Assembly: GCF_001194135.2 (NCBI RefSeq)
Contig: NC_069003.1
Span: forward strand, 18,797,189 to 18,861,188
Origin: Octopus bimaculoides
Taxonomy: Eukaryota
Direction: 5' to 3'
Length of the DNA stretch: 64,000 nucleotides
Positions 38,265 to 51,524 of the stretch are shown here, piece by piece. Position 1 is the first letter of the stretch. Each line of letters opens with the position of its first letter. A program made the position numbers and the translations under genes. The notes below the pieces were generated by a model. That model saw only the letters and a list, made by a program, of their open reading frames with translations. It was not told the origin of the DNA and did not search any database.

Positions 38265-39409
38265 TTTTGTTCCAGTGACTGAGTTGCTTCCCAACCACAT
38301 GGTTCTGGATTCAGTCTCACTGCATGGCACCTTGTACAAGTGTCTTCTACTCTAACCTTGAGCTGACCAAAGCTTTGTGAGTGGATTAAGTAAATGGAAA
38401 CTGAAAGAAACCCGTTGTGTGTGTTTGTGTATATATATGTGTGTGTGTGTGTCGTTGTGCCTGTTTGTCCTCGTTCACCACTTGACAACCAGTGTTAGTT
38501 TCTTTATGTCCCCATAACTTAGCAGTTTGGCAAAAGCAACTGATAAAATAAGTACCAGGCTTAAAAAAAAAGTCCTGAGGTTGATTCATTCAACTAAAAG
38601 TTCTTCAGGCAGTGCCCCAGCGTGGTTGCAGTCTATTGACTGAAATAGATGAATGATAAAAGCTGAACAATCTTGACAAAGTAATTTTAGTAATTTCCTT
38701 CCTATTTTACAAAATTAATTGAAACTGTGGCAGTGTATTCCAGCATAAATATGGTAACAAAAGGGTGAAAGGCATTTCACCTGTTATCTCTCTGTCCCCT
38801 TCTCTCAATCATTGTGTATTCAAGACCAACTATACAACTACATTATTTAAAGAGTTTCTTCTCTTCTGAATACAGTAGGGTGTCATTTGCGGATAATTTG
38901 GTTACTCTTTCTAGCAGATCAAGTGATCACACAGAAATTACAGTAGTCTTTCAGATTTCAGCAGCCAGGCAGACTTTAGACTGGTTCCAATAATAATTCA
39001 TAATCGTTTCCCATTAAGCTAAATTGTGCATTAACATTTTGAAAATCATCTGGTTTGTGTTTATTTTATGCAAATTACCGAATCAATTCACATGCTGAAT
39101 TTAGAATAAATTACAGAAGAACCAAACAACCGAGTTTGTTGCTTCTAATTAACTTGTTGATGCAATTGCTTTAATTAGTTCTGCTATCATGTCATATAAG
39201 GAGAATGTATACATTTTAAGTTGAGTGTTGCTTTGGTGACTTCTCTTTTAACATTTGTCTCCTGCATTAAGGATTAACTCAGGTTTGAGAACCCTATCAA
39301 ATATTTAATTTTTAAGGATCAAGCCATGACTGTGTTCCTTTATCCGACTGTGATTATGCTGGAGCACATTCAAATTTTAGTACTTACACATGCAAAGGTA
39401 TGGCCATAT

Positions 39410-40345
39410 AGGCACAGACGTGGTTATATAGACACAGGCATGGCTGTGTGGTAAGAAACTTGCTTCCCAACCACATGGTTCCAGGTTCAGTCCCCCTGCG
39501 TGACACCTTGGGCAAGTGTCTTCTACTATAGCCTCAAGCTGACCAAAGCCTTATGAGTAGATTTGATAGACAGAAACTGAAAGAAGCCTGTTGTGTTGCA
39601 TAACTTGCACCTGTGCTGGTATCGCGAAACTAGTACCTGTGCCAGTAGCACGTAAAAAGAACTTTTGAGCATTAAGCCTCATGGAGGCAATGACAAATGA
39701 CCGAGACCTACAATAACATGCCATGCTTGAGAAGGAGACCCATTTTAATCATGGCAGATACTGGCACCCATGCCGGTGGCACGTAAAAGCACCCATTATA
39801 CTCTCAAAGTGGTCAGCATTCGGAAGGGCATTCAGCCATAGAAACCATGCCATATCAGACTGAAGTCTGGTGCAGCCCCTCAGCTTGCCAGCCCTGGTCA
39901 AACCATCCAACCAATGTCAGCATGGACAACAGACGTTAAATGATGATGATGATGATGATTTATACATATGTGTGTCTTTGTGTCAGTGTTTGTCCCTCAT
40001 TACCACTTGACAACTGGTGTTGGTGTGTTTACATTCCTGTAACTTAGCATTTTGGCAAAAGTGACTGATAGAATAAGTCCCAGGCTTATGAAAAAATAAA
40101 TTCTGATAATTCATTTGACTAAAAATTCTTGAAGGCATTCCTCAGTATGGCCACAATCTAATGGCTGAAACAAATAAAAGATGAAAGATATTTAGGCACA
40201 GGCATAGCTGTGTGATAAGAAGTTTGCTTCCCAACTACATAGCTTTGGGTTCGGTTCCACTGGGTGGCACCTTGGCCAAGTGTCTTCTTCAATAACCCCA
40301 GGCCAACCAAAGCCTTGTAAATGAATTTGGTAGATGGAAACTGAA
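39410..40345 (+). mobile_element. SINE cluster: family A head, RTE-UTR module, family A tail, second family A head
   Basis: Consecutive matches to the family modules, with a (GAT)n tail at about 39941-39958. Confidence 0.8.
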
Positions 40346-41953
40346 AAGAAATCTGCTATTGTTTCCATCATGTGTATATGTGTGTGTGTGTGTGTGTGGG
40401 TGGGTGGTTGTTACTGTCTCCCTGCCTTGACATCCCATGATAGATGTAAATGAGTGTCACTATCATGCATGTGGTATCCTTCATTACCAATCTTCTATGA
40501 AAACATGTCCAATCATGGAGAAATATTATTTCACTTGGAAAGACATAAAGGATAGTGATGACAAGAAGGGTATCTTGCCATAAAAAATCTGCCACAACAA
40601 ATTCCTTCCGACACGTGCAGACATGGAAAAAGTGGGTGCTAAAACAATAAGGATTTACTTCTTCATTCATTCAATCATTCATGCTTTCTCTAGTACTTAT
40701 TGGGTGGGGTGGGGGGTGGTGGGGGGTGTATGAAAAGCAAAGTCGATCTGAAATGCCACAAGGTATTTTCATTCAAAGCAGTGAATTTTCTACCATTACA
40801 CATCATCATCTTTCAACTCTACCCAACTTATTACAATTGCAGGCTGCCTCATCTTTCTCTCAATCTTCTCTCCATATAATTTTGCACCCCCTCCTATTCA
40901 TTCACTTTTATTCACCTGTAGCCCTAAGGGACCACCAGGATATCTTACCTCTAATACCTATCTCTTTGAAGCTCCTTCTGATCACTCTCTCCTCTACCAA
41001 GTGTGAGTAATCATACAACTCTACAAGAATATACTCTGTCCACCCCCACCCCTACGCATACTTTAACTCATTCGCCAGCATATAGCTGGCCCACTCCCTA
41101 CTCCCTCAAGGTTTGTAGTCTTGCAGGCTGCATGGTGTCCTCCATAGTGCTAGTGACACAAAATAAACACCCAATACACAGTGTAGAGTGGCTGGTGTTT
41201 GGAAGGGCATCCATCCAGAGAAGCCATGCCAAAGCAGACATTGGAGCATGATGCAGTTCTTGGATCCATTGAATCCTGTGAATCTGTCCAACTCATGCCA
41301 GCATGAAACATGGACATTAAATGCTGATGATGACACACTGATGTGTGCACACGCGCACATGAACATACACAAATGTCTTTATTCAAAGTTGAAGCTTTCT
41401 TTTGTTATTACTCAGTTTCACATTTCTGGTTTTCACTGCTTGTGGTGTTTTAAAGCACAGACAACCATCTCACCCTCACTTTCAAATAGATCTTCAAACT
41501 CAACTATATGTATTGAGTACATATTTCCATCCATTTGTTAACTCAAATATCTATTAGGTTTTTTCTTCCAATGTTCACTTTCCCATGCTTGCCTGAGTCA
41601 GAATTCAATGTGGTTGATTTTCTCTAGTTAGATGCCCTTCCTGTCACTGACCCCTACCTGCTTCCCACTAAGGTAATTTTTTTAGGCCAAACATATTTTC
41701 ATGGAAGAGTAGAAACAATAACAGCACAAATTTCCCCAAATCACTCACCTCGCTGCTTTAAAAACAGAGATCACCATTTATAATACCCAGTTTTAATACC
41801 AAATAAACTATTAAGAACCTTGAGAATGTGCTTATATATATATATATATATNNNNNNNNNNNNNNNNNNTATATATATGTATGTATGTGTGTGTACATAT
41901 ATATACATGTGTGTGTGTATATGTGTGTGTGTGTATGCATGTACATGTATATA

Positions 41954-42822
41954 CAAGGTGTGGTAGATAAATTGTTGCCATTTTATATTTTTAATTTCGT
42001 ATGTGCGCATTGTTTGTTTTTGATTTTGTTGACTACACAGTATAGTAGGGCCAATTGGGCACTGTCTCTGAGAAAAACAGCACCATGATACAATTCACTC
42101 TGCCAAAGATTTGGAAACCTGCTGTACTGCTTGGCACTCACACTGGAAGCACCAATACAAACATTTCAAAGTGTTTGGGTGTCAATTTGAGGACATGTAC
42201 TAAGAGTGATAAAAATCAAACACCCAGTCAACATCATGGTGTTTGGAGTGATCACTAGTGATGGCAATGTTATGCCTCCATTCATCTTCCCACACAGCCT
42301 CAGACTCAACATGGAGGCCTTCATCAAATGCCTAGAAGAGGTAGTGCTCCCCTGGGTCAAGAGGGTGGCTACTGGAAGATCTTAAGCCTGGCAACAAGAC
42401 TTTGCACCATGCCACACAAGCAGGAGAACCCAGTCATGGCTGTCAGACAATTTCTGCCACTACATCACTCCTAACTTCTAGCCACCTAACTCCTCAGACT
42501 GCACTCCCCACCCCAACTGATTATTATGTGTGGGGTGCAGTTGAGTGAGAGACCAACAAAACTCCTTGTAACACCAAAAATGAACTGCAGGAAAGGATTT
42601 TGGCAGCATTCACCACACAAGACCATCCAGAAGAGTTGCAGGAGATTCTGAAGTCGTCTGGAGGCTATTGTTGGAGCCAATAGCAATTTTATTGAATAAA
42701 CTTTCTCTTTGGTATTTCAATATATTTTTCTGTAAATTTGGTAAATATATCTTTTAAAATAAGATGTCAGTGCTATTTTCATTTTTGCATAATTTAGACG
42801 ACAATTTATTCACCATACTCTG
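41954..42822 (+). mobile_element. Internally deleted maT (DD37D-type) transposon
   Basis: TA-flanked TIRs CAAGGTGTGGTAGATAAATTGTTGCC / GACGACAATTTATTCACCATACTCTG. Remnant reads IMVFGVITSDG...WQQDFAPCHTS...PPNSSDC...DYYVWG, spacing consistent with D37D. Confidence 0.88.
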
Positions 42823-43678
42823 TATATATGTATAGGTGTGTGCGCGTGTGTACTATTTCACACTTGGTTCATTGGTTGTTCGTTTTGTTTTGCAAGAGAG
42901 ATCATCATCTTGCCTGACACCTATTGGTTAAGCAAATTTGAGTTAAATGGAATGGAGTGTATCATATAATCTCTATACTTTTATTTCTTTCCTATTTAAA
43001 CTCTGTACATTGTGTATTATACATAGCATCATTGTTTTAATATTCATCTTTCCATGTTTATATGGGTCAGACAGAATTCGTTGAGGCAGATTTTCTTCAG
43101 CTGAATGCTCTTCCTGTCATCAACCCTTACTTGTTTCCAACCATAACTGGACATGTTTCCAAAGAAGACTGGAAATGAAACACTCTGCATAGTGCTTGTT
43201 TATAACTATCTTGTATCAAGAAAGGGGAGATACACATGCACACATATAGAGAGATATGATAGGCTACTCTCAGTTTCTCTCTACCAAATCCACTGACAAG
43301 TCTTTGCTCAGCCTAGGGCTATAGTAGGAGACACTTGTCCAAGCTGTCACACAACGAGACTGAAACTACATGATAGGGAAGCAAACTTTGTAATAACAGC
43401 CATAGCTGCACCTCCTCACAACCATGCCCTGTGTGTGTATGTGTGTGTGTGTATGTATGTGTGTGCGCACATCTGCGTAAATGTGTTTGTTTATATGGTT
43501 TATATAGAAAGAATTTAATATTAAACTGAATATACTTTTTAGTAGTGAGAATGTTTATTTAACTTTTTACAGGATGAAAAGTGACTGTAACTTCAAAGTT
43601 GCAGTCTGCTAGTCTTTGTCAAACTGTATGACACAAGTGTAGTACAGTCCAACAAAGGCTGTGTAGCATACAAATTTA

Positions 43679-43793
43679 TTATTCTTATACAAGGATGTTG
43701 TTGACAGTGACTTTGAAGTTTTGGCTAGCCAGCTAAGCCATTAAGTCATTGTCCAATGATGTCACTGTCAACAACATTCTTGTTTAAGAATAA
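43679..43793. repeat. 115-bp hairpin
   Basis: 33-bp arms with 2 mismatches (43679-43711 / 43761-43793). Confidence 0.85.
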
Positions 43794-43800
43794 TTATGTA

Positions 43801-43838
<38 letters not shown>

Positions 43839-44120
43839 GTGAAGTATATTGCCACTTAAATGTGGCTGACCCCTAGGGGTGGATATTACTGTTGCTTTTA
43901 GCCCCAGGAGGACATTTCCTCCAGCTGGCTTATCGACACACTTCTGTATCCTGTTTGTTTTGCCAAGGGAAGTTATCCCTCTCATCATAATCTGTAGCAT
44001 GAACGGACCCGAGTTTCAGGGTTATTTCCCTTCGTCAGCGTCCGATAGCCACCGATCTGCGATGAATAATTTCACTGGAAAAAGATACATAAGGTTTGCC
44101 AAGAATTATCCTTCTCATCG
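43839..44120. mobile_element. PLE-like non-coding element (arm plus hammerhead), truncated by an assembly gap
   Basis: Arm homologous to 25700-25800 and 13961-14070; CpG-rich; starts in (TA)n and ends at the N-run 44121-44430. Confidence 0.7.
44001..44043 (-). ncRNA. Type I hammerhead ribozyme motif, complete core and all three stems
   Basis: Minus strand GGACG-CTGACGA-AGGG(AAATAA)CCCT-GAAAC-TCGG-GTC-CGTTC; predicted cleavage between 44006 and 44005. Confidence 0.9.
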
Positions 44121-45446
44121 NNNNNNNNNNNNNNNNNNNNNNNNNNNNNNNNNNNNNNNNNNNNNNNNNNNNNNNNNNNNNNNNNNNNNNNNNNNNNNNN
44201 NNNNNNNNNNNNNNNNNNNNNNNNNNNNNNNNNNNNNNNNNNNNNNNNNNNNNNNNNNNNNNNNNNNNNNNNNNNNNNNNNNNNNNNNNNNNNNNNNNNN
44301 NNNNNNNNNNNNNNNNNNNNNNNNNNNNNNNNNNNNNNNNNNNNNNNNNNNNNNNNNNNNNNNNNNNNNNNNNNNNNNNNNNNNNNNNNNNNNNNNNNNN
44401 NNNNNNNNNNNNNNNNNNNNNNNNNNNNNNATATATATATATATAATGTAATAGGCTGCTGTACTGTTTTTTATCTACCAAATTTTGCTCACAAGGTACT
44501 TTGATCATCTGGAGACTGTGGTAAAAGAGATACTTGTCTAAAGTTTCACACACTGTGGAATGAAATCAGACCCAGAACCAATTGTCGTGATTCTTGTTTG
44601 TTAACCACAGAGCCATACTTACTTCCTGTCTTGTATATTTTTCTCTACTCTCTAATGACAGTCACTTTTCATTGATTGGTGGCAGAAATTTATGTTTCTT
44701 TTGTAATACTCTTCTTATTCTTATATTATTCTGCTGGAAATTTTGCAAAGAACTCTGGCAGCAAGAATTCAGTCTATGTTGATTAGATATATAATTTTGC
44801 AGGGATAGTATAAAGTCATTGGTTGGTTTGTAAAGAAAAATGTCAGGAGAATATCATCTCCATGTTAATTTGTATCTATCTATATATAAACACTTGCACA
44901 TGTTCCTGTGAGCATATGCAGTGACTATGCAAGCAGCACTGTATCAAAATACATTGTGGTGCTAATAAAGTCTGTCTACATGTGTGTGTGTTCTGTGTAT
45001 TTTATGAGGATTCTATCTTGAAGTAAATAAGAAAACTGTTTTTTTTTTATTATTTTTCATTTCTTATAATCATGCACAAGAAAAAGAAGAAAAATATATT
45101 TTGTGAAGTCATTGTTGTGTTGTCTGTGTGGTTTGATAAGTCTTCTGTAAAATTGCTATTGTGTGGTGTGTGACATTGTTAATGTACTGATATACAATAG
45201 TAATAGATACAAGTGCAGTAATTTGGGTGAAACCTTGCCAGGTGACTTTGGATTGAGAAAAGAAAATCATTGAATACTGAAGGTGAATGGTTTCAGATAT
45301 GATGTACACACACATATACATACATATAGACATACATACATGTCAACATACATATATACACGCGCACACACACACACACAGCATCTATATATACATTTAT
45401 GTGTGTGCGCATGCATGCACACATATACACACACGCGAGCACACAG

Positions 45447-45486
<40 letters not shown>

Positions 45487-45797
45487 CACACAGAGTTATG
45501 CCAAGTGGATGCTGCTGCATGCTGTAACTAGCAGTTACAGTTCTTGGTGGTGGAAGGGGTGGGATGGAGGAAAACCAGCTATTTTTGACAGTTTTCAACC
45601 CTTACTGACCAACTGAAAATGTTACATGGAGCAGCAATGAAAAGGTTATCTGTTTAGGAATATGTCATTCTATATGTCACCGACTTCGCTTGGCTAAATG
45701 GAGGTGAGTTGCTAGGCTTATTAACAACGCAACAGAAAGTAAGTTAGTTGCATTACAATAACTTCCAATGTTCTCTGTATGTCTACAAAATATTAAA

Positions 45798-45851
<54 letters not shown>

Positions 45852-46099
45852 GCCAGCGAATCTTTGGTTTGCGTTTTTGAGAATTAAACTTAAACCACAC
45901 TTAAGATTTTGGTGTGATTGAAAATTGTTATTAAATTCAAAGCTGTGTGGTTTAGAAATTTGCTGTTCAACCATTGGTTAGGTCTCGGGTTCAGTTCCAC
46001 TGCATGTCAGTACCTTAGGCAACTCTCTTGTCCTATAACCCCAAACCAAAGCCATGTGAGTGCATTTGGTGGAAAGAAGCCCCTTATGATGATAATATA

Positions 46100-47345
46100 T
46101 CATCATCATCATCACCATCATTTAATGTCCATTGTCCATGCTGGCATGGGTTAGATGGTTTGACCAGGGGTGGTAAGCTGGAAGGCTGCACCAGACTCCG
46201 GTCTGATTTGGCATGGTTTTCTACAGCTAGATGCCCTTCCTAACACCAACCACTCTGAGAGTGTAATGGATGCTTTTATGTGCCACCAGCACGGGTACCA
46301 TTTGTGTGACACCGATATCTGCCATGACTGCAATTTTTCTCAGCTTGATGGGTCTTCTTAATGCCAAATGTCTTGGTCATTGCCTCTGTGAGGCTCAACT
46401 CTTGAAAGGAACTCAACCACTTTGCCTCTGTGAGGCCCAATGCTCAAATGGTGCTCTTTGTATGCCACCGGCATGGGTGCCAGTTATTTGGCACCAATAT
46501 CAGCCATGACTACGATTTCACTTGGTCGCTAGTCATTGCCTCTGTGAGGCTCAAAGTTCAAAGATCATGCTTCACCACTTCATCCCATGTCTTCCTAAGT
46601 CTACCTCTACCACAGTTAGAGATAGTCACTTCTTTACACAGCTGTCCTTGTCCATATGCATCACATGACCATACTAGTGCATTTGTCTCTCTTGCGCACC
46701 ATATCTGATGCCTCTTATGCCTAACTTTTCTCTCAAGATGCTTACACTGTGTCAAACATGTACACCGACATTGCACATTTCTTTCAAGCCAACACATGTC
46801 GTCAGCAGTTACAGCTCATGTTCCCTGCCATGTAGCATGGCTGTTTGCACACAAGCATCATACAATCTGCCTTTCACTTTGAGAGACAGGCTCTTTGTTG
46901 CCAGCAGAAATAGGAGCTCTCTGAACTTTGCCCAGCCTAATCTTATTCTCACAGCTATGCTCTCGGAACATCGAATTCCACTACTAATTTGGTCACCTAG
47001 ATAACGGAAACTATCTACTACCCCTAGCTTACCCCCTTGGCAGTCGATGGAGTCTATTTTCTGCACATTTTCAGCGTCTATTGTACCTGTGCATCTTCCA
47101 CATACAAAAGCTAGTTTCCCTGTCAACCTTCCTCTGATATTGCTACATCTTTTATGTATCCAAAGCTTACACTGAGTGCATCTTATGGAGTTTCTACCTA
47201 TGCCTTTTCTACAGATTGGACAGGGCCATCTACCTGAAAAGATTTGTGATTTGTCTACCTTCCTACTTACTAAGACTGGTTTTTGCTAGGTTAACTCTAA
47301 GGCCCTTTGATTCTAGACCTTGCTTCCATACTTGGAACTTCTTCT
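46100..47345 (-). mobile_element. RTE LINE 3' third with UTR and (GAT)n tail
   Basis: VDSFRYLGDQIS...RIRLGWAKFRELL...KGRLYDACVQTAMLHG and WSCDAY...GRGRLRKTWDEVVKHDL, followed by the UTR. Confidence 0.92.
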
Positions 47346-47349
47346 ATAG

Positions 47350-47380
<31 letters not shown>

Positions 47381-47764
47381 AGTAAGCACATAAATGCAAA
47401 ACAAGGTAGAAAAAATACTCAGTTTCATATTACTGCTCATTGGCCAGTTGTGGTCACAGTTTGTGGTGTGTGTGTGTGTACACATATGTACTCCTGTCTT
47501 GATATCATGTGATGTAAATGAGCATCAGTTTCATACAAGCAATGTTTGTTTCCAATCTTCTGTGAAATGAATTTCTGACCATGTGGATATATGACCATGC
47601 TTGGAAACAGGTGAAGGGTGGTAACAAGAAAGGTATTTGACTGTAGAAAATTTGTCTCAATGAATTCTCTCTGACCCTTACAAGCATAGAAAAGACTTAA
47701 AGGAAAAAAAAGGGAGTAAGATTTTTTTTCTTCAGATCAAAGCCCCAGTTCAGATGCTTGCAAC

Positions 47765-48090
47765 GTCAATAACTGTTGTTTCATTCCAACATCCAAAACA
47801 GACATAAAAATTTCACACATTTTTACATTTGATGATAGGTTTGTGTTTGATATTAATTTCAATTGAAGACCTAAGAACCAGTCAGTGTGTAGCTTATGAG
47901 GAAAGGTGGTATATAGGCATTGATAAAGATATTTCAGCCTAAAATCAAGATGTTCATGTGAAGATTACAAGTCCTGCAGGCCTATTACAATCCTTCAAAT
48001 GGACAAATCATGATGATTATTGTTGAATTCCTATGTGTCATGTATTTTACCCAACCAAATGTCCAACCCCACTACAACAGGTCAAACTTG
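47765..48090 (+). mobile_element. Decayed DNA-transposon ORF C-terminus (Tudor/SH3-like segment)
   Basis: Manual translation: CCFIPTSKTDIKISHI ... SQCVAYEERWYIGI...DVHVKITSPAG..QSFKWTNHDDYC*IP. Superfamily not assigned. Confidence 0.45.
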
Positions 48091-48256
48091 TATAGTGTGG
48101 AAACCATGTTTAGAATTTCAGAATTGTTTCATAAAGTTATTTGAGAAGTATATTTAATTGTAGACACTCATGGTTCATTCATATTCATAGCAAGTACGTT
48201 TGTCAATTTTTTACAACACTAATTTCCTTTCCTACTTTAAATTTTTGAGAAGCACA

Positions 48257-48445
48257 GGAGTGGCTGTGTGGTAAGTAGATTGCTTACCAACCACATGGTT
48301 CCGGGTTCAGTCCCACTGCGTGGCACCTTGGGCAAGTGTCTTCTACTATAGCCTCGGGCCGACCAAAGCCTTGTGAGTGGATTTGGTAGACGGAAACTGA
48401 AAGAAGCCCGTCGTATATATATATGTATGTATGTGTGTTTGTGTG
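48257..48445 (+). mobile_element. Young SINE family A head
   Basis: CpGs intact; A-box TGGCTGTGTGG, B-box GGTTCAGTCCC, CORE-like GGCACCTTGGGCAAGTG; runs into (TG)n and a gap. Confidence 0.9.
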
Positions 48446-49074
48446 NNNNNNNNNNNNNNNNNNNNNNNNNNNNNNNNNNNNNNNNNNNNNNNNNNNNNNN
48501 NNNNNNNNNNNNNNNNNNNNNNNNNNNNNNNNNNNNNNNNNNNNNNNNNNNNNNNNNNNNNNNNNNNNNNNNNNNNNNNNNNNNNNNNNNNNNNNNNNNN
48601 NNNNNNNNNNNNNNNNNNNNNNNNNNNNNNNNNNNNNNNNNNNNNNNNNNNNNNNNNNNNNNNNNNNNNNNNNNNNNNNNNNNNNNNNNNNNNNNNNNNN
48701 NNNNNNNNNNNNNNNNNNNNNNNNNNNNNNNNNNNNNNNNNNNNNNNNNNNNNNNNNNNNNNNNNNNNNNNNNNNNNNNNNNNNNNNNNNNNNNNNNNNN
48801 NNNNNNNNNNNNNNNNNNNNNATTTTCAAAGGATCCTACTTTGGGTTTTTACTCATGCATAAAAAAACTGCTGTGTATTTGATTTTCCATGAAATTTTAT
48901 CCCCTGGATTTTAGAATCACTTTATTGCTTATTTTAGCACAAATGACATAATGTTAGGAATTGAAATGATTTTTATCTAAAAATCCATGTTCTGTTTATA
49001 TTGTTTCAAAAAAAAGTTGTTTTTTTTTAAAAAAAAAATGATCTCACATTAGATTGCTGGGGGTCAGACGTGGA

Positions 49075-49665
49075 TTAGAGCTGTAATATCTAATATCTCA
49101 AGATTGGAAAATGTTCAATCTTTGAAACTTTGTACATGCAACCTACTCCATTCAATGATTAAAACTTTCAGTGTGTGAATTTTGGTACTGTAATAAACAT
49201 TTGAAGGCACATGGCCTAGTGTGTCCAGTTCCCTGACTGGGCGGCACATTGTGTTCTTGAGCAAAACACTTCATTTCACATTCCTCCAGTTTCCCTTTTC
49301 ATCAGCAGGGAATGTTGGCCAGCTCACCTAGCCAGTGGAGTTGCATCATTTGAAGGCTAAATTGATGCAAAAGTGCATTGTGACCAGCGATGTGTAACAA
49401 CATCTGATAGTCTAATCAATCACGTGATCACATGAATAGACATTTGTGCCTATTTTCAGAATGTAATTGGCCTAATTACCTATAACTGTTGTAATGATAC
49501 AGGGTGCCAAAATCTCTAAAAATCTTGCATTTTGGTATTTTTTTCAACATCTATAAGTATTTTATTATTATTTATTTGTAATTTACTCCTGGAGTAGGTT
49601 GCATGTACAAAGTTTCAAAGATTGAACATTTTCCAATCTTGAGATATTAGATATTACAGCTCTAA
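49075..49665. repeat. Perfect 76-bp inverted repeat pair
   Basis: 49075-49150 is the exact reverse complement of 49590-49665. Confidence 0.92.
49205..49435 (+). mobile_element. SINE, fourth family
   Basis: Matches 36054-36300. Confidence 0.75.
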
Positions 49666-51331
49666 ATTTAGCCAAATTCTCAAATTCAGCTCAGCCTCCT
49701 ATTTTGAATTGCCCATAAAATCAGAACCATACATTGGAGTTGAAATTTTCAGGATTAACTTGGTCCAAGGACTACATGACTCAGAAAAAATTTCAAGCAA
49801 TTTGAAAGAGACTATCTTTTAAGTTTGCTTCCAAATGAATAGGACTGCCCTCAGAGCCCTTTGGATATTTTTTTGAGTCCACTCTGTTGTAAGTATTTGG
49901 AACTTGGTCTCAGGTCTGAAAATAGCTTCCTTTCCTTTTTTCTGCCTACCAGTCACTGAAGCCCCTGGAAAGGCTCAGTGATGTTATATCCTTCCCTTTT
50001 ACTAAGATATAAAACAACAGAAAACCATACACACACACTTTCTCTCTCTCCCCCTTTCTTTCTCCCTCTCCCCTCCCCCTCTCTCATTTGAGCTATACTA
50101 CTAAATGTTAGCAATATCTGGCTTCAGCGAAGCTGCTATGATATTTAATGATAATAACAGCTATGCAAATAATAACATTGCTTCTTATTAAACCAATGAC
50201 AATGATAATGTGGTGGTGGTGGTGGTTATAATAAAATTTATTTATATTTTTAATTTTCTACAATATACTTATCTACTATATTATTGTCTGTCAATTTCTC
50301 TGCTGTTAACCTCTTTCTCTACCAAATAATCTGAATGAGAAGAAGCGGGTAATGTGTTATAAACATTGTTATGACATCTGTGTTAGATTAGTTTTTAAAC
50401 AAAAGGGCTCTCTGTTGGGTTTCCCTTCTCACAATATTCTCTCTCTTCACACAACTGTGTTTAGAAACAATATTTTGAAAAACAAGCAAAAATATAAAAA
50501 AATCTTAAATGTCTTCGTTAAACAGGTTAATGACACTAAATCTGTACATATCCCCCCCCCCTCACACACACACACACACACACACTCTTTCTCTCTCTCT
50601 CTCTCTCTNNNNNNNNNNNNNNNNNNNNNNNNNNNNNNNNNNNNNNNNNNNNNNNNNNNNNNNNNNNNNNNNNNNNNNNNNNNNNNNNNNNNNNNNNNNN
50701 NNNNNNNNNNNNNNNNNNNNNNNNNNNNNNNNNNNNNNNNNNNNNNNNNNNNNGTGTGTGGGAGTTGTGGGTATATAAAATAAAATAAAGAATATATCTG
50801 ATGTTAGATTTCTATGCCATAATATTGGACACTTCCGATTACAAATATCAGCAGGCACATTCGTCCATTTTGTTATACTTTTCTTTCTTTCTATTTTGTT
50901 TTATATTTTAAATTGTTTTTCCTTTTAAAATATGTTTAGAAGCACAGGCATGGCTGTGTGATTAAGAATTTTGCTTTGCAACCACATGGTTTTGGGTTCA
51001 ATTCCTCTATGTGGCATCTTGGGCTAGTGTTTTGTTCTGGATCAACCAATGGTTTGTGAGTGAATTTGGTCAACAGAAACTGTTGGAATCCTATTGCATT
51101 TTGTGCATGCATGTTCATGTCGATATTTTGTTTGCCACCATTTGAGAGTGAAGCAATTCTGATGTTGATATTACAACCTGTTGCTCTGCACTTTTAGAAA
51201 CCTGTGCACTAAAAAAAAAAATCCCTTGAAAAGCATATGAGGGTTAATAACAGGAAGAATATCCTGTTGTGAAATCTGCTTCATTTCAGTTTACATCTCA
51301 TGCCATGAGAACAAGGAAAAGCAGACATTAA

Positions 51332-51524
51332 CCCTTTAGCATTCAGATTATTCCATCAAATGTAATGCATATTTATTCCTTGTAGCTGTGAGATTTCAAA
51401 GATTTAATTGTTTATTTTTTGAATGACATTATGGGCTAGGTGTGAGAGGCCAAATCTGGCCCAGTTTGAACATAAAGTGAATGGAATATTTGAGCCAGAT
51501 ATGGTCAGTTTAAATGTTAAAGGA
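51332..51524. mobile_element. piggyBac-type MITE M1
   Basis: TTAA|CCCTTTAGCATTC ... AATGTTAAAGGA|TTAA. Confidence 0.85.
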
